A stretch of DNA of 64,000 bases from an uncultured Christensenella sp. (GTDB lineage: Bacteria > Bacillota > Clostridia > Christensenellales > Borkfalkiaceae): contig CAYNLN010000003.1 of assembly GCA_964398065.1 (NCBI GenBank), positions 56,718 through 120,717 of the forward strand. The letters run 5' to 3'. Position 1 is the stretch's first letter; each line of letters opens with the position of its first letter. The translations under genes and the position numbers were made by a program. Positions 55,869 through 64,000 of this stretch are shown one piece after another. The notes under the pieces are model-generated. The model was not told where the DNA came from. It saw only the letters and a program-made list of their open reading frames with translations, and ran no database searches.

Positions 55869-56657
55869 TTACTTATCGTTCTCGCCCGCGTTTTTATCGG
55901 GCTCGGCGTTAAGTTTTTCCGCTTCGGCTTGTTTTTTCAATTTTCTTTTAAGTTTAATGTCTTTTATCATTTGCAGCCATTCCGTAGGGTGCTCGTCCCC
56001 CGACAAAAGGCGCCGTATATTTTGCCTGTGTGCAATCCAAGTAAGCGCGACTATTCCTAAAATAAATGCGTTTACGAAGATAAGATAAGCGATTCTGTAT
56101 TCGACGTTAGGCTCTAACTCGAGATAATCTTTGTAAATATGCAAACTTGCGAAAATCGCGGGAGGCGTCGTCGCCAAAAAAGACCCCATGGAGCCTATTC
56201 CCGTCGACAAAATGAAAAGCAGTGCGACAATTGCGAAAATCACCGCGACAACGGTATCGCAAACCAAAAACACGCCTATCGTGGTAGCAATCCCCTTTCC
56301 GCCTTTAAATCGATAAAAACAAGGAAAGATGTGCCCTAAAACCACGAAAAAGCCCGCCATGTATTTTGCCATTTCCCTTACGGGAAGGGTTGAAAACTCG
56401 AAAACCTCGTCGGAAAAGGCAAGCGTTGCGATAAGCGTAGGTATTACGCCTTTTAGAATATCCAAAAACAGCACTATGACCGCCGCCTTAAGCCCTAACG
56501 TACGACTGACGTTCATTGTTCCCGGGTTTCCGCTTCCCAAATTACGGATATCCTTGCCGTGGATTTTCGAATATATAATAGCGTTGTTGACGCTTCCCAA
56601 AAGGTAGGAGCCTATTATCAGCAAGGCAAAAGACCACCATAAAGACGTAAAATTCAT
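55869..56657 (-). CDS. plsY: Glycerol-3-phosphate acyltransferase PlsY with a Lys-rich C-terminal tail
   Basis: GSGNPGTMNV motif and FKGGKG. Confidence 0.8.
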   Translation of the reverse strand: MNFTSLWWSFALLIIGSYLLGSVNNAIIYSKIHGKDIRNLGSGNPGTMNVSRTLGLKAAVIVLFLDILKGVIPTLIATLAFSDEVFEFSTLPVREMAKYMAGFFVVLGHIFPCFYRFKGGKGIATTIGVFLVCDTVVAVIFAIVALLFILSTGIGSMGSFLATTPPAIFASLHIYKDYLELEPNVEYRIAYLIFVNAFILGIVALTWIAHRQNIRRLLSGDEHPTEWLQMIKDIKLKRKLKKQAEAEKLNAEPDKNAGENDK

Positions 56658-56658
56658 T

Positions 56659-57975
56659 TTATTCCTCGTTTTTCTCTCTGAAGATTATTCTTATCGGCGT
56701 GCCCGTAAAATCGAAGGCTTTGCGTATAACGTTTTCGATATATCTTCTGTATGAAAAATGAACAAGTTCGGAATCGTTGACGAAAATTATAAAGGTCGGC
56801 GGGCATACGCCGTCTTGCACGCTGTAATATATCTTAAGACGCTTACCGTGAAACGAAGGCGGCTCGTTCATTCTTACCGCGTCGTTTATGACGTCGTTTA
56901 ACGTACCCGTGGTAATTCTTCTTTTTGCGTTACCTAAAGATTCTAGCGCCGTAGACAAAACTTTGGGAACCCTTTGTCCCGTCTTTGCCGAAATAAACAC
57001 CGCTTTATGATAATCCATAAAGGCAAGGTCGCAATTAAGTTTCTTTTTAAAACTTTCGATGGTGAAAGTATCTTTTTCGACGGCGTCCCACTTGTTCATT
57101 ACTATAACGGAAGGCTTGGCTTGTTCGTGAATGTAGCCCGCAATCTTTACGTCTTGCTCGGTAAGCCCTTGCGTTGCGTCGACGACGAGTAGACTAACGT
57201 CCGAACGCCTTACTGCGCCGAAAGCCCTTATAACGGAATAGTATTCGATATCTTCGTCGACGGCTTTCTTTTTGCGTATACCGGCGGTGTCGATTATTTT
57301 GTATTTTTGTTCGTCGAGCGTAAAGGGCGTATCGATGGCGTCCCTTGTCGTTCCGGCAATACCCGACACTATGGTTCTGTCATAACCGAGTATGGTGTTT
57401 ACAAGGCTCGACTTACCCGCATTGGGCTTTCCGACAACGGCGATTTTAACGACGTCGCTTTCGTCCTCTTCCTCTATTTTGGAAATGTAATTGCAAACTT
57501 CTTCCAAACAATCGCCGAAACCTTTGGATTGCTCTGCGGAAACGCCGAAAGGCTCGCCTAAGCCTAATTCGTAAAACTCGAACAAATCTTCACGTTTATA
57601 GTTGTCGAGTTTATTAACGACCAAAACTATGGGCTTTTTCGAACGGCGAAGTTTTTCCGCAACGTCTCTGTCGGCGGTGGTTACGCCCTCTTTGGCACTA
57701 CACATAAAGATAATGACGTCGGCTGTTTCGATAGCGATTTCCGCTTGTTTTTTAATGTGTTGCCACATCTCGTCTTCGCTTTTTAGTTCGATACCGCCCG
57801 TGTCTATCATCGTAAAGTTATACCCGCACCATTCGGCGTCGCAATAAATCCTGTCGCGAGTAACGCCGGGCTTGTCTTCAACGATGGCGATTTTCGTGCC
57901 CGTTATTTTATTAAAGAACGTCGATTTACCGACGTTAGGTCTTCCGACAATGGCAATAATCGGCTTCATAATCAC
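56659..57975 (-). CDS. der: Ribosome-associated GTPase Der/EngA
   Basis: Two G-domains (GRPNVGKST, GKPNAGKSS) plus a KH-like C-terminus. Confidence 0.9.
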   Translation of the reverse strand: MIMKPIIAIVGRPNVGKSTFFNKITGTKIAIVEDKPGVTRDRIYCDAEWCGYNFTMIDTGGIELKSEDEMWQHIKKQAEIAIETADVIIFMCSAKEGVTTADRDVAEKLRRSKKPIVLVVNKLDNYKREDLFEFYELGLGEPFGVSAEQSKGFGDCLEEVCNYISKIEEEDESDVVKIAVVGKPNAGKSSLVNTILGYDRTIVSGIAGTTRDAIDTPFTLDEQKYKIIDTAGIRKKKAVDEDIEYYSVIRAFGAVRRSDVSLLVVDATQGLTEQDVKIAGYIHEQAKPSVIVMNKWDAVEKDTFTIESFKKKLNCDLAFMDYHKAVFISAKTGQRVPKVLSTALESLGNAKRRITTGTLNDVINDAVRMNEPPSFHGKRLKIYYSVQDGVCPPTFIIFVNDSELVHFSYRRYIENVIRKAFDFTGTPIRIIFREKNEE

Positions 57976-59249
57976 TCCTTCCCCGCCAAGACGTTAAAGA
58001 AATGATTACCTTGAACGTCCGCAAGTTTTACGGGTTTTTTGATTTGTTTTTGTAAGTTTTCCAAAGTCATACCGTCGAGGAAAACGTTTTCCGTTTCCTT
58101 CATCATGTTTTTCGGCAACACGACTTCGTCAAAATCTTTGTCGAAATTAAGTATCGCTTCTTTTACGTCTCCGCCCGTAAGCAAGCCCGAAGCCGTTATC
58201 GTCGGCCCGAAAAATTTGTTTACCGGCGCTATGACATACACCTTAAGCCCTTCGACGAAACTTTCGGTTTTTTTAGCGTATTCTTCGATAAACGGCTTTG
58301 CCGCAACGCCCGTAACGATAAGAAAAGTCCGCCTATAAGCCGTTTTTTGGCACACTTCGTTGTAATCGTGTATAAATGCGCTAAACATTCCGACGCCGTT
58401 TTCTATCTGATCGAAATTGCCGTAAGCGTCATATCTCGGGAAAGGTCTTTTCGCGCGAACGTAAAAATCGTCGGAGGCAAAAATAAAGTTCCTGCCAAAC
58501 TCTTTATTTAAACTTTCGACCGTATCGATAAGACCTTTTGCGTACTCCCCGTCGATATCGTCGATTTTCGCAAGACCTTCTCTGTGTCCCGATATTCCGC
58601 ACGGCACGACAGCCAAAGTTTTTACGTTTTTGATAGGCGCTAAATACTCGCACGTCGTTTTAAGGGCAACTCCGTCGTTTACGCCTTTGACCAAAACTAT
58701 TTGCGCGTGTATTTCGATGCCGCCGTCAGTCAAAGTCTTTATCATATCGTAAAGCTTACCCGCAAAGCGGTTGCCCATCATGGTTTGGCGCAAATCTTTG
58801 TACAGCGTGTGCACCGAAATATATAACGGCGAAAGATGAAGCCTTATGATTCTTTCGATGTCGCCGTCCGTTACGTTTGTAAGGGTAACGTAGTTTCCGC
58901 ATAAAAAACTTTGGCGGTAATCGTCGTCCTTTACGTAAAGACTTTCGCGCATTCCTTTGGGGAGCTGCTGAACAAAACAAAACATACAATTGTTGCGGCA
59001 AAGTTTCATATCTAAGCCGTCGGACTCGAAAGTAAGCCCTAAAGTTTCGTCGTCGTCTTTTTCTATATCGCAATCGACCTCTTTACCGCGCGTACCGATT
59101 GTCATCGTAAACTTTTCTTTTGCGTCGTAATAAACGTAGTCCAAAATATCGACGACCTCGTGTCCGTCGAATTTTACAACCGCGTCGCCGACTTCTAAGC
59201 CGATTTCTTCGCCTATGCTGTTTTTTTCAATCTCTTTAATAATTAACAT
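57972..59249 (-). CDS. PDZ/radical-SAM DUF512-family protein
   Basis: N-terminal PDZ-like region (IGEEIGLEVGDAVVKFDG) and CRNNCMFC (Cx3Cx2C). It sits upstream of der, with a 4-nt overlap. Confidence 0.65.
   Translation of the reverse strand: MLIIKEIEKNSIGEEIGLEVGDAVVKFDGHEVVDILDYVYYDAKEKFTMTIGTRGKEVDCDIEKDDDETLGLTFESDGLDMKLCRNNCMFCFVQQLPKGMRESLYVKDDDYRQSFLCGNYVTLTNVTDGDIERIIRLHLSPLYISVHTLYKDLRQTMMGNRFAGKLYDMIKTLTDGGIEIHAQIVLVKGVNDGVALKTTCEYLAPIKNVKTLAVVPCGISGHREGLAKIDDIDGEYAKGLIDTVESLNKEFGRNFIFASDDFYVRAKRPFPRYDAYGNFDQIENGVGMFSAFIHDYNEVCQKTAYRRTFLIVTGVAAKPFIEEYAKKTESFVEGLKVYVIAPVNKFFGPTITASGLLTGGDVKEAILNFDKDFDEVVLPKNMMKETENVFLDGMTLENLQKQIKKPVKLADVQGNHFFNVLAGKE
58322..58348 (-). repeat. dispersed motif copy (coding; encodes KTAYRRTF in the DUF512 gene)
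   Basis: gaaaagtccgcctataagccgtttttt. Confidence 0.8.
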
Positions 59250-59327
59250 ACTTATTATATTTTATAATAAAAAAGGCAGTTTGTAAAGGAATAAACTCAA
59301 ACTGCCGAAATTTTTATAATAACTTTA

Positions 59328-59948
59328 TTATTTATCTTTTTTATTTTGCCAAGCCTCGTAAGAAAAAACGCATCCGCAATAGTTTTGGCGGTAAAGCCCA
59401 TACTCTTTTGATAACTCGATAGACCTTACGTAACCTTGCTTTTTCTTAAAGTCCGACGGTAAAAAAGGAACGCCGATTTCTTCGGCAATTCGGCTGCCTA
59501 TTTCGTTTAACTTTTCGGCGTTTTTATACGGGCTTACGGATAAAGTAGTGCAATAACAGTCATATAGACCGACTTTTGCCGCTTTTGCCGTTTCATACAA
59601 TCTGTCTTCGTAGCAGTAAAAACAACGCTTTCCGCCCTCGGGCAAGTCTTCTAAGCCTTTAGAGTTTAAAAAGAATTTTTGCGGGTTAAACTCGCCCTCT
59701 GCTATGTTTACTTTATCGCCGTAAACGGTTTTTGTAAATCTATAAAGTTCGCTTAATCTTTTATTGTATTCTTCCCTTTCGGTAATGTTGGGATTATAGA
59801 AAAACAAAGTAACGTCAAAATACGGCGTTACCCTCTCCAAAACGCTCGAGGAGCACGGCGCGCAACAAGCGTGAAGTAAAAGTTTTTGTTTTTTTTCTAA
59901 TTTGTTTACGTATTCGGTAAACGCTTTGTCATAATTGATTTTTTCCAT
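59328..59948 (-). CDS. queH: Epoxyqueuosine reductase QueH
   Basis: LLLHACCAPCSS and C-terminal NYCGC motifs. 206 aa. Confidence 0.8.
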   Translation of the reverse strand: MEKINYDKAFTEYVNKLEKKQKLLLHACCAPCSSSVLERVTPYFDVTLFFYNPNITEREEYNKRLSELYRFTKTVYGDKVNIAEGEFNPQKFFLNSKGLEDLPEGGKRCFYCYEDRLYETAKAAKVGLYDCYCTTLSVSPYKNAEKLNEIGSRIAEEIGVPFLPSDFKKKQGYVRSIELSKEYGLYRQNYCGCVFSYEAWQNKKDK

Positions 59949-59956
59949 TTTTACTT

Positions 59957-59984
59957 AAAAAGTGCCTCTATAGGTCGATTATCG
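59957..59984 (-). repeat. dispersed motif copy (intergenic; overlaps the stop codon of the 212-aa gene, upstream of queH)
   Basis: aaaaagtgcctctataggtcgattatcg. Confidence 0.85.
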
Positions 59985-60617
59985 ACGATTTTTATTTCCG
60001 TCGTCTTGAACGTTAGGCTTGGCAAGCGCTATTTTTATTATCAAAACTATAAGCATTATTACGGCAATAATCAGCATCCCGGTAATAATCAAGTCGACGT
60101 AAGGCTCGAAAAAGAAAGTTAATAAGGTAATACATGTCCCTGCGACAAAGTTACCTAATGCAAGCGGCAACAAGGAATCTTTAAAACTCATATTCAAAAA
60201 AACCGCTATCGCCGCGCCCGTCCATATCCCGGTTAAAGGAAGTGGTATCGCGACAAATACAAATAGAGAAATCATCAAAAACCTTCTTTTGACCTCTTTC
60301 GGTTTATCGTTCGATTTTGCCGACAACTCTGTCGCTTTCTTTTCAAAGAGGGCTTCCAGTTTATAAATTACTTTTTTCACGAAAGGTATTTTTTTAAGCA
60401 ATTTAAAAACATATATCAGCAAGAAAAATATCGGTATAACGATAATTGTCGAACCCAAATAGGAAAATAGGGCGCTTTCGTAAAGTTTAAGACCCGACTT
60501 AAGCCCTATCGGTATCGCCCCTTTAAGTTCTATAAGCGGAAACATCGCAACGATAACGACCAAAACATAAGGGTTTTTTATAAAGGATTGTAAAAATTCA
60601 ACAACTATATCTGCCAT
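59979..60617 (-). CDS. Small multidrug-export-like membrane protein (COG2426-type)
   Basis: FPLIELKGAIPIG motif and 5-6 TM helices. Confidence 0.55.
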   Translation of the reverse strand: MADIVVEFLQSFIKNPYVLVVIVAMFPLIELKGAIPIGLKSGLKLYESALFSYLGSTIIVIPIFFLLIYVFKLLKKIPFVKKVIYKLEALFEKKATELSAKSNDKPKEVKRRFLMISLFVFVAIPLPLTGIWTGAAIAVFLNMSFKDSLLPLALGNFVAGTCITLLTFFFEPYVDLIITGMLIIAVIMLIVLIIKIALAKPNVQDDGNKNRR

Positions 60618-60733
60618 ATTGCATTCAAAAAATTGATTTTTGTCTAAAAATATTATATCATAAGTTAGATAAAAGTATTACGTTTATATTTTAACACAAT
60701 AATATCTTGTTGTAAAGATTTTTTAAGGAATTT

Positions 60734-61501
60734 ATGACTACACAGCAAATGTTATCGCCCTTAAGACGGGCTGTCGAAGTTTTTAATATGATCGAGGAAA
60801 ACGACCGCATTGCCGTCGGTCTGTCGGGCGGAAAAGACAGCGTTACCCTTTTAACGCTTATGGCAAAACTAAAAGTCTTTTACCCTAAAAAGTTTTCCGT
60901 CGTCGCAATAAGAATCGATATGGGTTTAGCTTGCGACGAAAAAGAAGTTTTAGACATGGAAAATTATTGCCATGACTTAGGTGTGGAATACGTTGTCGAA
61001 AAAACCGATATAGGCGCAATACTTTTCGATATACGTAAAGAATCCAACCCTTGCAGTCTTTGTAGCAAAATGAGGCGCGGCGCTTTAAATACCGTCGCGG
61101 CAAAACTCGGGTGCAACAAGCTTGCTTTGGGGCATCACGCCGACGACTTGGTAGAAACGTTCTTTTTATCAATGATTTTCGAAGGCAGATTTTCAACGTT
61201 CGAGCCCGTTACTTATCTTTCGAGGACGGGTATGACCGTAATACGCCCCATGATATACATCGAGGAAAAAGACGTTTCGGCGTATTCCAAAAACTTACCC
61301 GTTATCCACAACCCGTGTCCCGCCGACAAGCACACGAAACGCCAATACGTAAAAGAACTTATCGCCTCGATAAAAAAAGACGTCCCGTTTGCGAAAGACA
61401 GAATGCTTTCGGCAATTTACCACCCGGAAAGAAATCATCTTTTCGGCGAAGCAATCAAGAAAATGAACGATAAAGGCACAGAAAAAACCGATAACGTATA
61501 A
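60734..61501 (+). CDS. ttcA: TtcA-family tRNA 2-thiocytidine synthetase (PP-loop ATPase)
   Basis: SGGKDS PP-loop, CSLCSKMRRG and HNPC motifs. Confidence 0.75.
   Translation: MTTQQMLSPLRRAVEVFNMIEENDRIAVGLSGGKDSVTLLTLMAKLKVFYPKKFSVVAIRIDMGLACDEKEVLDMENYCHDLGVEYVVEKTDIGAILFDIRKESNPCSLCSKMRRGALNTVAAKLGCNKLALGHHADDLVETFFLSMIFEGRFSTFEPVTYLSRTGMTVIRPMIYIEEKDVSAYSKNLPVIHNPCPADKHTKRQYVKELIASIKKDVPFAKDRMLSAIYHPERNHLFGEAIKKMNDKGTEKTDNV
61001..61026 (+). repeat. dispersed motif copy, weaker (coding; encodes KTDIGAILF in ttcA)
   Basis: aaaaccgatataggcgcaatactttt. Confidence 0.55.
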
Positions 61502-61548
61502 CAAAATCCGTGACATTTTCTTTCTTTTTACTTAATTTAAGTATTTTC

Positions 61549-61580
61549 GCCGCCCGCTTTTAAAAGCAGGCGGCTTTTTT
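61549..61580 (+). terminator. intrinsic terminator after ttcA
   Basis: GCCGCCCGCTTTT/AAAAGCAGGCGGC hairpin plus T6. Confidence 0.75.
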
Positions 61581-61603
61581 CTTAGCATTACTTTAAAAAA
61601 GTA

Positions 61604-61630
61604 CGATAACGGGCATATAGGCAGACTTTT
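61604..61630 (+). repeat. dispersed motif copy (intergenic, ttcA / mreB-like)
   Basis: cgataacgggcatataggcagactttt. Confidence 0.8.
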
Positions 61631-61635
61631 AAGCA

Positions 61636-61680
61636 AAAACGGACTTAGCGTTTTACTAAAGTCCGTCTTTGTTTTTCTAT
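61636..61680 (-). terminator. intrinsic terminator after the mreB-like gene
   Basis: ACGGACTT...AAGTCCGT hairpin followed by a T-run in minus sense. Confidence 0.6.
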
Positions 61681-61700
61681 AAAAACTTGCGTTTTTTAAA

Positions 61701-62708
61701 TTAAGTTTTATTGATTCTTAACTTTTTCAAAAGTTGTTTGTTTTCGGCTAAATAACCGCCGCCTAAAATAACCGCGGCTTGAGCGTCCTTATATATATTT
61801 GCACGTATGCCCATCTTTTCACGGAAGTATTCCTCGAGCCCGGGCATTTGCGAAACGCCGCCGGAAAAATAAATACCGCTTTTTCTTACGTCAGAAGAAA
61901 CCTCTGCGGGAAGCTTGGATAAAACCATACCCGTAATTTGGAATATTTTGTCGAAAAACATTTGAATCGGTTCTTTTAAATCCTCGGCGGAAATTCTTAT
62001 CGAATGGGGTCTGCCCGTTTCGACTGACTGACCGCTTACGACCATAGTCGTCATATCGCCCTCGATAAGGGAGCAAATTTTTTGTTTTACGACCTCGGCT
62101 GTTAAAGAACCTATCCTTATAGCGTAATTTTCTCGTATATGGTTAATAATCATGGCATCGATACTCATGCCGCCCATATTTACGGTTATGCCGCAAATAA
62201 TTCCGTCGAGCGATACCGCCGCGATTTGCGTCGAGCCTCCGCCGATGTCGACGATAAACGCGGGTGACGCGTCTGTCATAGGAAGCCCTAATCCCAACGC
62301 CGTAAGCACGGGGGCTTCCACGAACACGTAGTCTGTTACGCCCGAATTACGCAAAACCCTTTCCGCCGTTTTTATATCGCTTGCGCTTACTCCGCAAGGA
62401 ACGGAAAACACGACTGACGGTCTTGACGAAAAACGTTTTACCGTGATTTTGTTTAAAAACCTGTTAAGCATGAGCGAGCACGCTTTTTCGTCCGTTATGC
62501 GCGATTCGAAAACCGGCGCAACGATAACCGTACTGCCGGTTGTTCTTCCGACGAGTTTTTTGGCGTCGAAACCGACCTCCTTAACGGTAGGGTTCGAGTC
62601 TGTCGAAAACGCAACAAGACTCGGTTCGAACAAAACGACGCTTGCGCCGACTTGATAAATACCGGTGTTTGAAGAGCCTATATCGACGGCTATCATATTG
62701 CTACTCAT
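61701..62708 (-). CDS. MreB/Mbl-family actin-like protein (divergent)
   Basis: IAVDIGSSNT and VDIGGGST phosphate motifs. 335 aa. It is adjacent to maf, as in maf-mreB clusters. Confidence 0.7.
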   Translation of the reverse strand: MSSNMIAVDIGSSNTGIYQVGASVVLFEPSLVAFSTDSNPTVKEVGFDAKKLVGRTTGSTVIVAPVFESRITDEKACSLMLNRFLNKITVKRFSSRPSVVFSVPCGVSASDIKTAERVLRNSGVTDYVFVEAPVLTALGLGLPMTDASPAFIVDIGGGSTQIAAVSLDGIICGITVNMGGMSIDAMIINHIRENYAIRIGSLTAEVVKQKICSLIEGDMTTMVVSGQSVETGRPHSIRISAEDLKEPIQMFFDKIFQITGMVLSKLPAEVSSDVRKSGIYFSGGVSQMPGLEEYFREKMGIRANIYKDAQAAVILGGGYLAENKQLLKKLRINKT

Positions 62709-63265
62709 ATTAACTCCTTAAGTAATTCGTTTATTTTTTCCATCGGTAGTCCGATGACGTTTGTAAAACTGCCTATATATTCCTTAACGAAGGGATAACC
62801 GTTTTGAATACCGTATCCGCCCGCCTTGTCAAGCCCTAACCCTTTGTCGACGTAATCGTTTATAAGTTCGTCGGATAAATCGTTGAAAACCACCTCGGTT
62901 TTAATATAGCCCGACGTTTCATAGCCGTTATCTATGACGGCATAGCCCGTATAAACATAATGACTCCGCCCTGACAACTTTTTTAAAAAAGCGACGTTTT
63001 CGGGCTTATCCGCGGGCTTTTCTAAAATTTTACCGTCTAAAACGACTATAGTGTCGGCAGCAAGACAAAGGACTTTTTCGCGTTTGAAAACGTCGTTTGC
63101 CTTAGCCTTTGCAAGATGCTCGACGTAAACCCACGGCTGCAAATTTTTATCTTCACACTCGGGACATTCCGCGGGCACAACCCTAAACTTATAACCTTCT
63201 TGTAAAAGAAGTTCTTTTCTCCTCGGCGAAGCGCTCGCCAATACGAATTCTTTCATAAACAACAA
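62705..63265 (-). CDS. maf: Maf-family nucleoside-triphosphate pyrophosphatase
   Basis: LASASPRRKELL and GAYGIQ-like (GGYGIQ) motifs. Confidence 0.85.
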   Translation of the reverse strand: MLFMKEFVLASASPRRKELLLQEGYKFRVVPAECPECEDKNLQPWVYVEHLAKAKANDVFKREKVLCLAADTIVVLDGKILEKPADKPENVAFLKKLSGRSHYVYTGYAVIDNGYETSGYIKTEVVFNDLSDELINDYVDKGLGLDKAGGYGIQNGYPFVKEYIGSFTNVIGLPMEKINELLKELI

Positions 63266-63288
63266 TGTCCAAGTTGATATTTTTTGTG

Positions 63289-63315
63289 CGATAATCGACC
63301 TATAGGCGGACTTTT
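63289..63315 (+). repeat. dispersed motif copy (intergenic, maf / ROK)
   Basis: cgataatcgacctataggcggactttt. Confidence 0.85.
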
Positions 63316-63325
63316 GTGTAAAAGC

Positions 63326-64000
63326 CTAATCTATTTTCGTAAGCGATGCGGCGGCAATGCTTTGACCGACGCGTTTAAATTCCTCGTCGGGAAGCGTTAT
63401 GTCTATACTCGAAAGTTCAGGGTATTCGCACGCCAAAACCTTTTTAGCGGTTTCCGTAATAATCGTCCCGCCCTTGCCGCTCGTAACCCTGCCTAAAAGC
63501 AAAAGGTGTCTGATTTTATAAAACTCCGAATAATAAGCTATCGCATAACCTAAATATATACCGACGTCTTCGTAAATCTTTTCCGCGACGGGGCTACCGT
63601 CTGAGAGCATTTTCTGCACGACGACGAGTTTTTGTGCGGGCGTAAGACCGTCTTCGAACACTACTCCCGCATTATCGGCAAGTTTAATAATGCCGTCTTG
63701 CGAAAAATATTTAACGCCGACGCCAAAGTCGCCGGACCATTCGTCGCGCATAGCAAGCGGCGAAAGATCGACAGGGACGAAAGCGAGTTCGCTAAGCCAA
63801 TCGTTAAGGTTTCCTTCCTCGTTTATATAGCCGCCCGCCTCGCTTGTTCCCATAGCGATACCCAAAACGCAGTTATCTTTAAGATTAATCGCACCCGCAA
63901 GCGCGGTAACGTCACCATCGTTTGCGACTTTTATCGGAACACCCATTTCCTTTCCGATATCGAGATACATATTTTTAACATGCGCCTCGTAATCGCTTTC
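63326..64000 (-). CDS. ROK/ASKHA-type sugar-kinase-like protein, 5'-truncated by the window edge
   Basis: The frame stays open upstream of the track's Met up to position 64000. It has an ANDGDVTALAGA...GIAMGTSEAGG pattern. Confidence 0.5.
   Translation of the reverse strand, partial: ESDYEAHVKNMYLDIGKEMGVPIKVANDGDVTALAGAINLKDNCVLGIAMGTSEAGGYINEEGNLNDWLSELAFVPVDLSPLAMRDEWSGDFGVGVKYFSQDGIIKLADNAGVVFEDGLTPAQKLVVVQKMLSDGSPVAEKIYEDVGIYLGYAIAYYSEFYKIRHLLLLGRVTSGKGGTIITETAKKVLACEYPELSSIDITLPDEEFKRVGQSIAAASLTKID

Overview
The window looks like chromosomal DNA from a spore-forming Firmicute, probably Clostridia-like. This rests on spoIVA, sigG, a ylmC/ymxH-family gene, cotH and a SCIFF peptide/maturase pair. 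All homology calls come from motifs I recognise by eye; no database search was possible. The right third (46.5-64 kb) is a conserved minus-strand housekeeping block: prsA-like, mfd, pth, prs, tadA, rlmH, CPBP protease, plsY, der, DUF512 radical-SAM, queH, ttcA, mreB-like, maf, ROK. The left and middle parts mix housekeeping genes with accessory material. Housekeeping there includes a TPP-riboswitch/thiT unit, a PLP decarboxylase, GH42, yfhO, glpK and murG. The accessory material comprises:
- a 1947-aa surface lipoprotein;
- a roughly 4-kb insert next to sigG, bounded by 94-nt direct repeats, that carries an LRR lipoprotein with perfect 300-bp tandem repeats;
- a decayed IS200-type element;
- a three-gene SPFH / membrane / zinc-ribbon-TIR operon behind a long structured leader;
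- an array of four roughly 190-aa paralogs (one frameshifted) around a membrane-anchored 396-aa protein.

Three things are not explained by ordinary annotation:
1. A roughly 26-nt motif (GATAAYSGRCYTATAGRCGGACTTTT) occurs at least 24 times on both strands, in intergenic and coding DNA. It appears to have recoded a conserved GlpK motif.
2. tRNA-Ser(UGA) is followed by two further units of roughly 205-270 bp. Each ends in the last 21 nt of the tRNA and contains covarying hairpins.
3. The TIR/SPFH operon is a candidate membrane-associated defence or stress module.

The SCIFF precursor gene (50 aa) is missing from the ORF track and was found by hand translation.
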